Below, piece by piece: positions 8,363-19,637 of a stretch of DNA of 32,000 nucleotides. The translations under genes and the position numbers were made by a program. Within the stretch, counting starts at the first letter, position 1, and each line of letters starts with the position of its first letter. Source of the stretch: Streptomyces sasae (GTDB taxonomy: Bacteria; Actinomycetota; Actinomycetes; Streptomycetales; Streptomycetaceae); the NCBI RefSeq assembly GCF_032656605.1, contig NZ_JAUYWK010000003.1, positions 393,411 to 425,410 of the forward strand. Direction: 5' to 3'. Under the pieces are notes generated by a model. It had not been told where the DNA came from. It ran no database searches and was given only the letters and a program-made list of their open reading frames with translations.

Positions 8363-9172
8363 GTGTCCGAAAGCCGTGTGCCGCGCGTCCGGCGCTTCCT
8401 CGTCTGCGAACCCAGACACTTCGCCGTGCAGTACGCGATCAATCCCTGGATGAACCCCGACACCAGGGTCGACATCGACCTGGCCCAGGAGCAGTGGACC
8501 GCGCTGATCGGCGCATACCGTGCTCATGGCCACAGCGTCGATCATCTGGAGCCGGTCGCCGGCCTGCCCGACATGGTCTTCGCCGCGAACTCGGCGGTCG
8601 TCGTCGGCGGCCGCGTCTTCGGCTCCCTCTTCCACGCGCCCGAGCGGCGCCCCGAGTCCACCCACTACGACCTCTGGTTCAAGACGGCGGGCTATGACGT
8701 GCACCGCCCGGCCTCGGTGGTCGAGGGCGAGGGCGACCTGGTCTGGACGGGCCGCTGCCTGCTCGCCGGCACCGGCTTCCGCACCACCCGTGAGGCGCAC
8801 CGGGAGGCCCAGGAGTTCTTCGGCCACCCGGTGATCAGCCTGACCCTGGTGGACCCGTACTTCTACCACCTGGACACCGCGCTGTTCGTCCTCGACGACC
8901 AGAACATCGTCTACTACCCCGAGGCCTTCTCACCCGGCAGTCAGGACGTACTGCGGCGCCTGTACCCGGACGCGGTGCTCGCCACCCGCGACGACGCGAT
9001 GGCGTTCGGCCTGAACTCCGTCTCCGACGGCCGCCATGTCTTCATCGCGCCGCAGGCCGAGGCGCTCGCCGCCCGCCTCGCCGACCAGGGCTACGAGCCC
9101 GTCCCCGTCGATCTGTCCGAGTTCCACAAGGCCGGCGGCGGCATCAAGTGCTGCACCCAGGAAATCCGCTGA
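8363..9172 (+). CDS. Guanidino-group-modifying enzyme (amidinotransferase / dimethylarginine dimethylaminohydrolase-like)
   Basis: C-terminal GGGIKCCTQEI with the nucleophile Cys typical of the DDAH / arginine deiminase / amidinotransferase superfamily. GTG 8363 is preceded by GGAAAGCGGAGG. Confidence 0.75.
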   Translation: MSESRVPRVRRFLVCEPRHFAVQYAINPWMNPDTRVDIDLAQEQWTALIGAYRAHGHSVDHLEPVAGLPDMVFAANSAVVVGGRVFGSLFHAPERRPESTHYDLWFKTAGYDVHRPASVVEGEGDLVWTGRCLLAGTGFRTTREAHREAQEFFGHPVISLTLVDPYFYHLDTALFVLDDQNIVYYPEAFSPGSQDVLRRLYPDAVLATRDDAMAFGLNSVSDGRHVFIAPQAEALAARLADQGYEPVPVDLSEFHKAGGGIKCCTQEIR

Positions 9173-9191
9173 GGACCAGGAGACCCCACTG

Positions 9192-10412
9192 ATGACCGCA
9201 CCCGCGCGCACACGCTCCTCCGCCGAACTGATCGAGGCGGAGGAACCGGTCCTCGCACACAACTACCACCCGCTGCCCGTCGTCGTCGCCCGTGCCGAGG
9301 GCACCTGGGTGGAGGACGTCGAGGGCCGCCGCTACCTCGACATGCTGGCCGGCTACTCGGCCCTCAACTTCGGCCACCGCCACCCGGTCCTGGTCGAGGC
9401 CGCGCACCGCCAGCTCGACCAGCTCACCCTCACCTCCCGCGCCTTCCACAACGACCGCCTGGCCGAATTCGCCGAGCGGCTCGCGGAGTTGACGGGCCTG
9501 GACATGGTGCTGCCGATGAACACCGGCGCGGAGGCGGTGGAGAGCGGCATCAAGGTGGCCCGCAAGTGGGCCTACGACGTGAAGGGCGTCCCCACCGACC
9601 AGGCCACGATCGTCGTGGCGGCGGACAACTTCCACGGCCGTACGACCACGATCGTCAGCTTCTCCACGGACGAGACGGCCCGGGCAGGGTTCGGTCCGTT
9701 CACGCCGGGCTTCCGGATCGTGCCGTACAACGACCTGGCCGCGCTGGAGGCGGCGGTCGACGAGACGACGGCGGCCGTGCTGATCGAGCCGATCCAGGGC
9801 GAGGCCGGGGTGATGATCCCCGACGACGGCTATCTGACCGGGGTCCGTGAACTGACCCGGCGGGCGGGCTGCCTGTTCGTCGCCGACGAGATCCAGTCGG
9901 GTCTCGGCCGCACCGGCCGTACCCTCGCCGTGGACCACGAGGACGTCGTGCCGGACGTGCTGCTGCTCGGCAAGGCGCTCGGCGGCGGGATCGTGCCAGT
10001 GTCGGCGGTGGTGGCCCGGCGCGAGGTGATGAGCGTGCTGCGGCCCGGCGAGCACGGCTCGACGTTCGGCGGCAACCCGCTCGCCGCGGCCGTCGGCACG
10101 GCGGTGGTCGAGCTGCTGGAGGGCGGCGAGTTCCAGCGCAGGGCGGCGGAGTCGGGCGTGATCCTGCGGGACGGTCTGGCGGAGCTGGTCGGCAGGGGTG
10201 TGGTCGGTTTCCGCTCGCGAGGGCTGTGGGCGGGCGTCGACGTGGACCCGGCGATCGGCACCGGCCGCGAGATCAGCGAACGGCTGATGCGCGAGGGCGT
10301 CCTGGTCAAGGACACGCACGGCTCCACGATCCGGCTCGCCCCGCCGCTGACCATCACGGCGGAGGAACTGCGGTCCGCGCTGGGCTCGCTGGAGAAGGTC
10401 CTGACGGCCTGA
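9192..10412 (+). CDS. rocD: Ornithine--oxo-acid aminotransferase
   Basis: Class-III aminotransferase: LAHNYHPLPVVVARAEGTWVEDVEGRRYLDMLAGYSALNFGHRHP, DEIQSGLGRTG, LLGKALGGG. ATG 9192 lies 19 nt after the upstream stop. Confidence 0.88.
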   Translation: MTAPARTRSSAELIEAEEPVLAHNYHPLPVVVARAEGTWVEDVEGRRYLDMLAGYSALNFGHRHPVLVEAAHRQLDQLTLTSRAFHNDRLAEFAERLAELTGLDMVLPMNTGAEAVESGIKVARKWAYDVKGVPTDQATIVVAADNFHGRTTTIVSFSTDETARAGFGPFTPGFRIVPYNDLAALEAAVDETTAAVLIEPIQGEAGVMIPDDGYLTGVRELTRRAGCLFVADEIQSGLGRTGRTLAVDHEDVVPDVLLLGKALGGGIVPVSAVVARREVMSVLRPGEHGSTFGGNPLAAAVGTAVVELLEGGEFQRRAAESGVILRDGLAELVGRGVVGFRSRGLWAGVDVDPAIGTGREISERLMREGVLVKDTHGSTIRLAPPLTITAEELRSALGSLEKVLTA

Positions 10413-10430
10413 CCCCCGGTCGGCTACGAC

Positions 10431-10458
10431 GGCGGCCGCGCCCGGGAGCGCGGCCGCC
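10431..10458 (+). terminator. GC hairpin after rocD (intrinsic-terminator-like)
   Basis: GGCGGCCGCG (10431-10440) and CGCGGCCGCC (10449-10458) are perfect complements with an 8-nt loop, 19 nt after the stop. Confidence 0.55.
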
Positions 10459-10542
10459 CCGACGCGAGGGTGCGCATTGACGCGCCGCGGGAGGGCACCG
10501 ACCATGGGGTGCGCATGGCGCGGTTGCTCACGGGGGTGCGCA

Positions 10543-12297
10543 ATGGTCACACGAGAGCGGGACGAGCTGCCCTTACGTCCCTTCACCGTCTTCAGGCTGA
10601 GCTTCGCCGCCCTGGCCGTGGCGGCGGTGGTGCTCGGTTGCGTCGGCTTCCGGACCTATCTGCGACAGCGCCCGGAGTTCGGGCACGGCCCGGCCGATCT
10701 CCTCTACTACTCCTGCCAGTTGTTCGTGCTGTCCGCCACACCCCTGGACAGGGGCGGTCCGCTCCCCCCGGCCCTTGACGTGGCCCGGTACACGGCCCCG
10801 CTCACCACGGTCTACGCGCTCGCCGAGACGGTCCGGATCCTCGGCGCCGGTGAACTGCTGCGGCTGCGGATGGCGCGGCTGCGCGGGCACTGCGTGGTCT
10901 GCGGGTCGGGCGGGACCGCCCGGATGCTGGCGGCCCGGCTGCGGGCGGCGGGCAAGACCGTGGTCGTCGTCTCCGCCGCCGGCAACGACGACGGGGTACT
11001 GAACGTGGTCGGGGACGGCCGTCGCCCGGAGACGCTCCGCAGGGCCGGAGCGGTCCGCGCGGCCGCCGTCTACGCGTGCGACGAGGACTACGGTGCCAAC
11101 GTCCTGATCGCCGCGGCGGTGCGGGACCTGGCCACCCGTTCCCGCGAGCCGCTGCGGGTGCACGCGGCGGTCCCCGACCAGGAGATGTGCACCGCCCTGC
11201 AGGCCCGCCACCTGGTGGGCACGGCACAGAGCCGGGTACGCCTCGACTTCTTCAACGTGGATGTCCTCGCGGCCCGTCAACTCGCCGCCGAGGAAGGCTT
11301 CGAGGCCCAGGACGCCGCCGCTCCGGCGGGCTGTCTGATCGTCGGGGTCTCCCCGTTCGCCCGCGCCCTCCTCGTCGAACTGGCCCGGCGCTGGCGGCTG
11401 CGCGAGCACCCGTCCGGGCCGCTTCCGGTGACCTGGGCCGGTGACTCCGCCACCGCCGCGCTCACCGCTCTGTGCACCCGGTACGAGTTCCTGGCCGAGG
11501 TGTGCCGGCTCACCCCACGGGACATGCCAGAGACCGGACACGCCGTCAACGAGCTGCTCTCCGAGCTGCGTTCGGCCGAGCCGGCAACCGTGCCCGGACG
11601 CGTCTACGTCTGCTGCCGACCGGACGACGTCTCCCTGCGTACCGCGCTGACGGCGGTCAGGGCCTGGCCCACCACGCCGGACGGTCTGACCCTCCAACTG
11701 CAGGAGGCCGGCTCCTACGGCGCCTCCCTCGGCGACGGCGACACGGCGATGCTGGACGATCTCGGCGGCAGGCTGCGGCCGTTCGGGGTGCTGGACGCGG
11801 CCTGCCGGCCCGAACTCCTCGACGACGACCTGATGGAGCAGCTCGCCCGGGCCTTCCACGAGGAGTATGTACTGGCCCGCCGCCGGCACGGGGACGTCGT
11901 GGCGGCCAATCCGTCCATGGTCCCCTGGGAACGGCTGCCCGGCCGGCTCCAGGAGGACAACCGGGCCGCGGCCCGGCACATCGGCCCCAAGCTGCGCTCC
12001 ATCGACTGCGCAATCGCTCCTCGGGTGGCGCCGAAGCCGCCGTTCGCCTTCCGCGACGACGAGATCGGCCGGCTGGCCGTCATGGAGCACCGGCGCTGGC
12101 TGGCGGCACGGCAGCGGGAGGGCTGGACATACGGCCATGTCCGTGACGACACGGCCAGAACCCGGCCCGACCTCGTGGAATGGGAGCTGCTCGGTGAATC
12201 CGTTCGGGATCGGGACCGCGATGCCGTGCGCGCACTCCCGTCCGTGCTGGCGACCGCCGGCTTCCAGATCGTCCGGCTGACCCCGGAAGAGCCGTGA
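10543..12297 (+). CDS. Membrane protein with Rossmann/RCK-like (TrkA-N-like) domain and C-terminal RyR (ryanodine-receptor-type) repeat domain(s)
   Basis: Two to three N-terminal hydrophobic helices. HCVVCGSGGTARMLAARLRAAGKTVVVVS is a GxGxxA Rossmann motif. The C-terminus LAVMEHRRWLAARQREGWTYGHVRDDTARTRPDLVEWELLGESVRDRDRDAV matches the bacterial RyR domain pattern, and a weaker copy (LARAFHEEYVLARRRHG...VPWERLPGRLQEDNRAAARHI) lies just before it. Start uncertain: 10477, 10504 or 10543. Confidence 0.7.
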   Translation: MVTRERDELPLRPFTVFRLSFAALAVAAVVLGCVGFRTYLRQRPEFGHGPADLLYYSCQLFVLSATPLDRGGPLPPALDVARYTAPLTTVYALAETVRILGAGELLRLRMARLRGHCVVCGSGGTARMLAARLRAAGKTVVVVSAAGNDDGVLNVVGDGRRPETLRRAGAVRAAAVYACDEDYGANVLIAAAVRDLATRSREPLRVHAAVPDQEMCTALQARHLVGTAQSRVRLDFFNVDVLAARQLAAEEGFEAQDAAAPAGCLIVGVSPFARALLVELARRWRLREHPSGPLPVTWAGDSATAALTALCTRYEFLAEVCRLTPRDMPETGHAVNELLSELRSAEPATVPGRVYVCCRPDDVSLRTALTAVRAWPTTPDGLTLQLQEAGSYGASLGDGDTAMLDDLGGRLRPFGVLDAACRPELLDDDLMEQLARAFHEEYVLARRRHGDVVAANPSMVPWERLPGRLQEDNRAAARHIGPKLRSIDCAIAPRVAPKPPFAFRDDEIGRLAVMEHRRWLAARQREGWTYGHVRDDTARTRPDLVEWELLGESVRDRDRDAVRALPSVLATAGFQIVRLTPEEP

Positions 12298-12421
12298 CAC
12301 TCCTCGACGGGAGGGCCGAGCGGACTGGCGACGTCCCCCAACTGTGCTATTCATACAAGTGGGCCCCGGCCTGGGAGAACGTCAGTTTGAAGTCACCTCG
12401 TGGAGTTGGGGGCTGCCAGCC

Positions 12422-13147
12422 GTGTTCTACTACCTTCTCAAGTACGTGCTCCTGGGGCCGCTGCTGAGACTGGTGTTCCGCCCCCGCATCGAAGGTCTGG
12501 AGCACGTGCCGGCCTCCGGACCCGCGATCGTCGCGGGCAATCACCTCTCCTTCTCCGACCACTTCCTGATGCCGGCCGTACTGAAGCGGCGCATCACCTT
12601 CCTCGCCAAGGCCGAGTACTTCACCGGGCCGGGTCTGAAGGGCCGACTGACCGCGTTCTTCTTCCGCAGTGCCGGGCAGATCCCGGTGGACCGCTCCGGC
12701 AAGGAGGCGGGCCAGGCCGCGATCCGCGAGGGGCTCAAGGTGCTGGGCAAGGGCGAGTTGCTCGGCATCTACCCGGAGGGCACGCGCTCGCACGACGGCC
12801 GGCTCTACAAGGGCAAGGTCGGTGTCGCCGTGATGGCGCTGCGGGCCGGGGTCCCGGTGATCCCGTGCGCGATGATCGGCACCTTCGAGGCGCAGCCGCC
12901 CGGCAAGGTCATCCCGAACGTCCACCCCGTGGTGATCCGCTTCGGCAAGCCCCTCGAGTTCTCCCGGTACGCCGGGATGGAGGACGAGAAGGCCGTCCTG
13001 CGCGCCATCACCGACGAGATCATCTACGCCATCCTGTCCCTCTCCGGGCAGGAGTACGTCGACCAGTACGCGGCCGTCGTCAAGGCCGAGCAGGCCGCGG
13101 AGAAGGGCGGGAGGGAACGCAGGTTCCCGCGCGCGCCGCTCAGTTGA
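12422..13147 (+). CDS. plsC: 1-acyl-sn-glycerol-3-phosphate acyltransferase
   Basis: HX4D motif (AGNHLSFSDH), FFRSAGQIPVDR, IYPEGTRS. GTG 12422 chosen because homologues, as I recall them, begin near FYYLLKYVLLGPLL. In-frame GTGs at 12344 and 12359 are also possible. Confidence 0.85.
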   Translation: MFYYLLKYVLLGPLLRLVFRPRIEGLEHVPASGPAIVAGNHLSFSDHFLMPAVLKRRITFLAKAEYFTGPGLKGRLTAFFFRSAGQIPVDRSGKEAGQAAIREGLKVLGKGELLGIYPEGTRSHDGRLYKGKVGVAVMALRAGVPVIPCAMIGTFEAQPPGKVIPNVHPVVIRFGKPLEFSRYAGMEDEKAVLRAITDEIIYAILSLSGQEYVDQYAAVVKAEQAAEKGGRERRFPRAPLS

Positions 13148-13157
13148 GGGTATGAGT

Positions 13158-13190
13158 GCGGGCGGCGGGGAGATGCTCCCCGCCGCCCGC
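13158..13190. terminator. Bidirectional GC hairpin between convergent plsC and peptidase genes
   Basis: GCGGGCGGCGGGGAG (13158-13172), loop ATG, CTCCCCGCCGCCCGC (13176-13190): a perfect 15-bp stem. Confidence 0.7.
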
Positions 13191-13215
13191 ACCGGCTAAA
13201 CGGCTGTGGCTGTGG

Positions 13216-14820
13216 CTACGGCTTCGGAGTCGCGTGCGGTGTGCAGGTGACGTCCGCACTGTCCAGCTTGCCGGTGAGCAGGTAGGCGTCCACGCGGTCG
13301 TTGATGCACGGGTTGACCAGGCCGGTCACGCCGTGCGAGCCGGCGCCCTGCTCGGTGATGAGACGGGAGCCCTTGAAGCGCTTGTGCAGTTGGACGGCGC
13401 CGGGGTACGGGGTGGCGGCGTCGCGGGTGGACTGCACGATCAGCACCTGCGGCAGCCCCTTGTGGGTCGTGACCTCGACCGGGGTCTGCTGCTTGACCGG
13501 CCAGGTGGCGCACGGCAGGTTCATCCACGCGTTGGCCCAGGTCATGAACGGGTACTGCTTGTTGAGCTCGGTGTTGTCGCGGTCCCACTTCTTCCAGCTG
13601 GTGGGCCACTTGGCGTCGGTGCACTCGACGGCCGTGTAGACGGCGTTGCTGTTCTCCGAGGTGATGTTGCCGGCGGTGTCGGTGAGGTCCGGGGCGGCGG
13701 CGTCGACCAGAGCCTGGGTGTCACCCGCGAAGTACTTGCTGAACACCGTCGCGACCGGGACCCACGAGGAGTCGTAGTACGGCGCGTTCTGGAAGAAGGA
13801 GATCAGCTCGGCCGGTCCGACGACCCCGCCGATCGGGTTCGCCTTGGCGGTGGCGCGCAGCTGGAGCCACTTGGCCTGGACGGCATCGCGGGTGGTCCCG
13901 AGGTGGAAGGCGGCGTCGTTGGCTGCGACCCAGTCCTCCCAGTCCTTCCAGCGGCCCTCGAAGGCGATGTCCTGCTCCAGGTTGGCCTGGTACCAGATGT
14001 TCTCCCGCGACGGGTTGACGACACTGTCGACGATCATCCGGCGCACATGCCCCGGGAACAGCGTGCCGTACACGGCGCCGAGGTACGTGCCGTAGGAGAC
14101 CCCGAGGTAGTTGAGCTTCTTCTCGCCGAGCGCGGCCCGGATGACGTCCAGGTCGCGTGCGGTGTTCGGGGTGGTCATCTGCTGGAGCACCGCCCGGCCG
14201 GTGCGCGCGGCGCAGCCGTCCGCGTACTGCCTGGCGAGCTTGCGCTGGGCGGTCTTGTCGGCCTCGGTGTCCGGCACCGGGTCGGCCTTGGGCGCCTTCA
14301 CGAACTCCTGCGGGTCGATGCAGGAGATGGGCGCGGAGTGGCCGACGCCACGCGGGTCGAAGCCCACGAAGTCGTACGCCTTCGCGGTGTTGACCCACAG
14401 CGGGTTCTTGGTGGTGACCCGGCGCGGGAAGCGCATCCCCGAACCGCCCGGGCCGCCGGGGTTGTAGACGAGCGCGCCCTGGCGCTCCGCCTTCGTCCCC
14501 GTGTTGCCTATTCGGTCGACGGCCAGCTTGATCTGCTTGCCGTAGGGGTTCGTGTAGTCGAGCGGCACGCTGACCCAGCCGCACTGGATGGGCTTTTCGA
14601 AGCCCCAGTCGGCCGGGCAGTCCGCCCAGTCGATGCCGGCCTTGGCGGCACGCGCGGCGGCGACGGAAGCGCCCCACTGTGCACGGTCCTGGCCGCCCTT
14701 GTGCGCCTCGGCACCGGACGCGGGCGCCGCGAGCGCACCGGTGATCAGGGTCGTCGTGACGAGCGCGCCCGCGGAACCGAGCGCCAGCATCCGGCTCCTC
14801 GATCTGAAGTTGTCCCTCAA
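13216..14820 (-). CDS. Secreted alpha/beta-hydrolase, tripeptidyl aminopeptidase (Tap/S33) family
   Basis: Signal peptide MRDNFRSRSRMLALGSAGALVTTTLITGALAAPASGAEA. Nucleophile elbow GVSYGTYLG. C-terminal TAP-like region. TTG 14820 is preceded by GGGGAGGGG. ATG 14790 is an alternative but lacks a charged n-region. Confidence 0.85.
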   Translation of the reverse strand: MRDNFRSRSRMLALGSAGALVTTTLITGALAAPASGAEAHKGGQDRAQWGASVAAARAAKAGIDWADCPADWGFEKPIQCGWVSVPLDYTNPYGKQIKLAVDRIGNTGTKAERQGALVYNPGGPGGSGMRFPRRVTTKNPLWVNTAKAYDFVGFDPRGVGHSAPISCIDPQEFVKAPKADPVPDTEADKTAQRKLARQYADGCAARTGRAVLQQMTTPNTARDLDVIRAALGEKKLNYLGVSYGTYLGAVYGTLFPGHVRRMIVDSVVNPSRENIWYQANLEQDIAFEGRWKDWEDWVAANDAAFHLGTTRDAVQAKWLQLRATAKANPIGGVVGPAELISFFQNAPYYDSSWVPVATVFSKYFAGDTQALVDAAAPDLTDTAGNITSENSNAVYTAVECTDAKWPTSWKKWDRDNTELNKQYPFMTWANAWMNLPCATWPVKQQTPVEVTTHKGLPQVLIVQSTRDAATPYPGAVQLHKRFKGSRLITEQGAGSHGVTGLVNPCINDRVDAYLLTGKLDSADVTCTPHATPKP

Positions 14821-14950
14821 GTGGGCCCCTCCCCGTACATGGTGACGAATGGTCAGAGGGGATCCTTCCGGCTGTGAACCTCCTGAGAACAGGGTGTGAC
14901 AGCCGTCGTTACCAATCCGATAACCGGACGATCACGTCCCGCTGAGCGGA

Positions 14951-15712
14951 TCAGCCAGAGAGATGACCCAACGCCTCGTCCAACACCCGCCGCAGCCGCA
15001 GCGCGTCGACTGCCACCGCACTCACCAGAACGGCGGGCCCGACGAGCGGAGTGAGGGCGGCGCACTCCCCCAGCATCCTCGCCGCCACCGGCTCGGCCTC
15101 GAACTCCGGCCGTACGACGACGAGTTGCCCCACCGCGCGATGTCCCCCCAGCACGGCGGGCCCGTCCCATCCACCGGGCGCCCCGGGACCGCAGGCCAGC
15201 TCCTGGTCCAGTACGGCCTTCCCGGCGACGCGCACGGTGAGCCGACTGGTGAGCCGCCCGGGCTCCTCCCCCGCCCGCCCGAGCACCTGCTCCTCACGCA
15301 GCACGAGCCGCCCGCCGGCTCCGACGTCGGCGCGGGTCGTGACGTGCAGATCGCTCCCCTTCGCCGAGATCAACTGCTCGGGCAGCCACCGTAGTTCACC
15401 GCCGTCGGCGACATCGAGCCGAACGTCGTACCGGGCCTCGCCCTTCGCCTGCCCCGGCAGAGCGATGGTGGCTGCGGCGGACCCGACACACAGCCGTGCC
15501 CCACGCTCCACCGTCGCCTCGACCGAGAACCGGTCGCCACCGAGCGGCCCGCTCATCGCCCCGACGACCATCACCCGGGCCTCGGCACCGCTCCCCCGGG
15601 TGCGCCGCAGCGCGAGCGGCCCCTGGCCCTCCAGCACAGGCAACGACGTCCCGCCCCGCCCGTCCTCCCGGGCGACGATCCGCGCGGTCGCCCGCACACC
15701 GGTGGCGGTCAC
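14951..15712 (-). CDS. ureD: Urease accessory protein UreD
   Basis: Last gene of the ure operon. The GTG at 15712 overlaps the ureG stop (GTGA), suggesting translational coupling. Sequence is typical of actinobacterial UreD/UreH. Confidence 0.8.
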   Translation of the reverse strand: MTATGVRATARIVAREDGRGGTSLPVLEGQGPLALRRTRGSGAEARVMVVGAMSGPLGGDRFSVEATVERGARLCVGSAAATIALPGQAKGEARYDVRLDVADGGELRWLPEQLISAKGSDLHVTTRADVGAGGRLVLREEQVLGRAGEEPGRLTSRLTVRVAGKAVLDQELACGPGAPGGWDGPAVLGGHRAVGQLVVVRPEFEAEPVAARMLGECAALTPLVGPAVLVSAVAVDALRLRRVLDEALGHLSG

Positions 15713-16386
15713 GCCGTCCACGCGGCGAGCCGCTCCCGCACCCACGAGGCGACGTCCCCGACACCGGCCTCGCCGCGCAACGACTGGAAGACGACGGGCA
15801 GTTCCGCCCGCTGCGCCTTGGCGTCGGCGGCCATCCGCGCCAGATCGGAACCCACGTAGGGAGCGAGGTCGGTCTTGTTGACGACGAGCAGATCGGCGGT
15901 GGTCACCCCCGGGCCGCCCTTCCGGGGGATGTCGTCCCCGCCGGCCACGTCGATCACGAAGATCTGCGCGTCCACGAGCCCCTTGGAGAAGGTGGCGGTG
16001 AGATTGTCCCCGCCCGACTCGACGAGGATGAGGTCCAGCGGCCCGACCTCGTCCTCCAGGTCCTCCACGGCTTCGAGGTTGGCCGAGATGTCGTCGCGGA
16101 TCGCGGTGTGCGGACAGGCCCCCGTCTCGACGGCGGTGATCCGCTCGGGCGGCAACACAGCCTCCCGCAGCAGGAACTCGGCGTCCTCGCGCGTGTAGAT
16201 GTCGTTGGTGACGACGGCGAGGGACAACTCGTCACGCAGAGCCCGGCAGAGCGCGGCGACGGTAGCGGTCTTCCCGGACCCGACGGGCCCACCGAGCCCG
16301 ATCCGAAGGGCACGCCGGGCCCCATCGGGCCGACGCGCGTCGGCGCTCAGGACTGCGGGACCGTGGTGATCGTGATCGAGGTGCAT
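15709..16386 (-). CDS. ureG: Urease accessory GTPase UreG (His-rich N-terminus)
   Basis: P-loop [21 protein letters not shown]-terminus [13 protein letters not shown] 16386 is preceded by GAAGGAG at 6-nt spacing. The 378-aa ORF in the track is an artefactual extension through the repeat element. Confidence 0.93.
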   Translation of the reverse strand: MHLDHDHHGPAVLSADARRPDGARRALRIGLGGPVGSGKTATVAALCRALRDELSLAVVTNDIYTREDAEFLLREAVLPPERITAVETGACPHTAIRDDISANLEAVEDLEDEVGPLDLILVESGGDNLTATFSKGLVDAQIFVIDVAGGDDIPRKGGPGVTTADLLVVNKTDLAPYVGSDLARMAADAKAQRAELPVVFQSLRGEAGVGDVASWVRERLAAWTA

Positions 16387-16409
16387 ATACGGCTCCTTCA
16401 TATGATTGG

Positions 16410-16600
16410 CCCACTCTGAGCCCGTCCGACGTCTGACGACAAAGACCGGCCCGCACCCCTTCCAGCCCGTCCGGCGTTTGAGGACGAGGCCGTTCAGGCC
16501 GAAGCGGGGGTCCGGGGGCGGCAGCCCCCGGGACAGGGCGCGGCGGGGGTCGAAGGGGGCGCAGCCCCCTGGTGATGGGAGGGGTAGGGGCGGCGGGGGC
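16410..16600. repeat. GC-rich palindromic intergenic element (REP/MITE-like) between ureF and ureG
   Basis: 221-nt non-coding gap inside the operon. Perfect hairpins CCGGGGGC-GGCA-GCCCCCGG (16512-16531) and AGGGGGC-GCA-GCCCCCT (16554-16570). G-run block GGGAGGGGTAGGGGCGGCGGGGG. The motif CCAGCCCGTCCGGCGTTTGAGGAC recalls a dispersed Streptomyces intergenic repeat (from memory, not verified). Confidence 0.5.
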
Positions 16601-16607
16601 GAGAAAA

Positions 16608-17282
16608 CTAGGACGCGAACAACCGCACCCCCCACCCCGCATGCCACTCCGCCCCGATCTCCAGCAACGGCGCCGACCCCGCGGGCAGTACATCCACCCC
16701 ACCCCCGGCCGCCCCGCGCGCCGCCTCCACCGCCTGGTCGACCACCCGATCCACCTCCGGCGCCAACCGAGCCAGCACCCCCGTCGCCTCGAACGGATCC
16801 AGACTCAGCAACCGCACCACTGCCGTGGCCGGCCCGCTCACGCACTCATACGCCGCGCAGTACGCCGCATCCGCCGCCGAAAGCCCCGCCGCCCGAGCGA
16901 CCACCCCCAACACCACCGGCTGATGCGCCCCCTTGGGAAACTCCCGGGCAACGGCGTCGAGTTCGGGCCCCGGCCAAGTCACCCGAGCGGCCCGCAGCAG
17001 CTGCCGCCCGAGCCTGCGAGCCGTGCCCCGAAGCGCGGGCGACGGCGTCCGCGCATCGGCTGCCGCATCCAGCTCCCGTACCTCCGCACCGAGTACCGCA
17101 GCCGCGGCGAACGCACCCGCCATCAGCCCCGCCGTGTGCAACCGCCCCCGGCAGAACTCCTCCAGATCCGCCGCCCCGCTGATCCGCCCGGCCTTGACCG
17201 CCGCTTCGGCCCCGCCGGAGTGCGCATGCCCTCCGGCGGGAAAGCGGCCGTCGGCCAGCACCAGCAACGCCGCCCGAGACAT
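16608..17282 (-). CDS. ureF: Urease accessory protein UreF
   Basis: [24 protein letters not shown]... is a typical UreF N-terminus. Position between ureC and ureG. GTG 17291 is an alternative start. Confidence 0.88.
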   Translation of the reverse strand: MSRAALLVLADGRFPAGGHAHSGGAEAAVKAGRISGAADLEEFCRGRLHTAGLMAGAFAAAAVLGAEVRELDAAADARTPSPALRGTARRLGRQLLRAARVTWPGPELDAVAREFPKGAHQPVVLGVVARAAGLSAADAAYCAAYECVSGPATAVVRLLSLDPFEATGVLARLAPEVDRVVDQAVEAARGAAGGGVDVLPAGSAPLLEIGAEWHAGWGVRLFAS

Positions 17283-17297
17283 CACGACCACCTGCTC

Positions 17298-19011
<1,714 letters not shown>

Positions 19012-19019
<8 letters not shown>

Positions 19020-19323
19020 CGAGGGCACCTCCGGTCTCGCCGCGCAGTCCGGGCACCACGCGGGCGCCGGTGAGCGGGACGAGTTCGACGTCGACGGGGA
19101 TGCCGGGCTCGAAGCGGACGGCGGTGCCGGCGGCGACGTTCAGCCGCATGCCGCGGGCCGCGTCCCGGTCGAACTCCAGTCCGGGGTTGGCCTCGGCGAA
19201 GTGATAGTGGGAGCCGACCTGGACGGGCCGGTCGGCGGCGTTGAGGACGGTCATCCGGGTGACGGCGCGGCCCTCGTTGTACACGATGGGCTCGTCGGCG
19301 AAGAGGATCTCTCCGGGAATCAT
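19012..19323 (-). CDS. ureB: Urease beta subunit
   Basis: [19 protein letters not shown]...[20 protein letters not shown] is the canonical UreB. Confidence 0.95.
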
Positions 19324-19334
19324 CGGCGGCCCCC

Positions 19335-19637
19335 TCAGACGATCGGGTCGTGGACGGTGACGAGCTTGGTGCCGTCCGGGAAGGTCGCCTCGACCTGGAC
19401 GTCATGGATCATCTCGGGGATGCCCTCCATGACGTCGTCCCTGGTGAGCAGCTTGCGTCCGGAGGCCATGAGCTCGGCGACGGTACGGCCGTCACGTGCG
19501 CCCTCGAGGATGTGCGAGGTGATGAGGGCGACGGCTTCGGGGTGGTTCAGCTTGAGCCCGCGGGCCCGGCGCTTCTCGGCGACGTCGGCCGCCACATGGA
19601 TCAGCAGCCTCTCTTGCTCGTGCGGGGTCAGTTGCAC
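19335..19637 (-). CDS. ureA: Urease gamma subunit
   Basis: (V/M)[41 protein letters not shown] 19637 is preceded by GAGGTG. The longer ORF to 19706 adds non-homologous residues. Confidence 0.93.
   Translation of the reverse strand: MQLTPHEQERLLIHVAADVAEKRRARGLKLNHPEAVALITSHILEGARDGRTVAELMASGRKLLTRDDVMEGIPEMIHDVQVEATFPDGTKLVTVHDPIV

Noticed and set aside
16577-16600. G-quadruplex-forming G-run block GGGAGGGGTAGGGGCGGCGGGGG
   Set aside because: It lies on the non-transcribed-sense strand relative to the ure mRNA and is part of the GC-rich repeat element. G-runs are frequent at this GC content, so there are no grounds for a separate functional claim.
15709-16845. 378-aa ORF extending ureG upstream through the ureF-ureG spacer
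   Set aside because: The extension translates the palindromic repeat element into Gly/Arg/Pro junk. A canonical GAAGGAG-N6-ATG start at 16386 gives a normal-length UreG.
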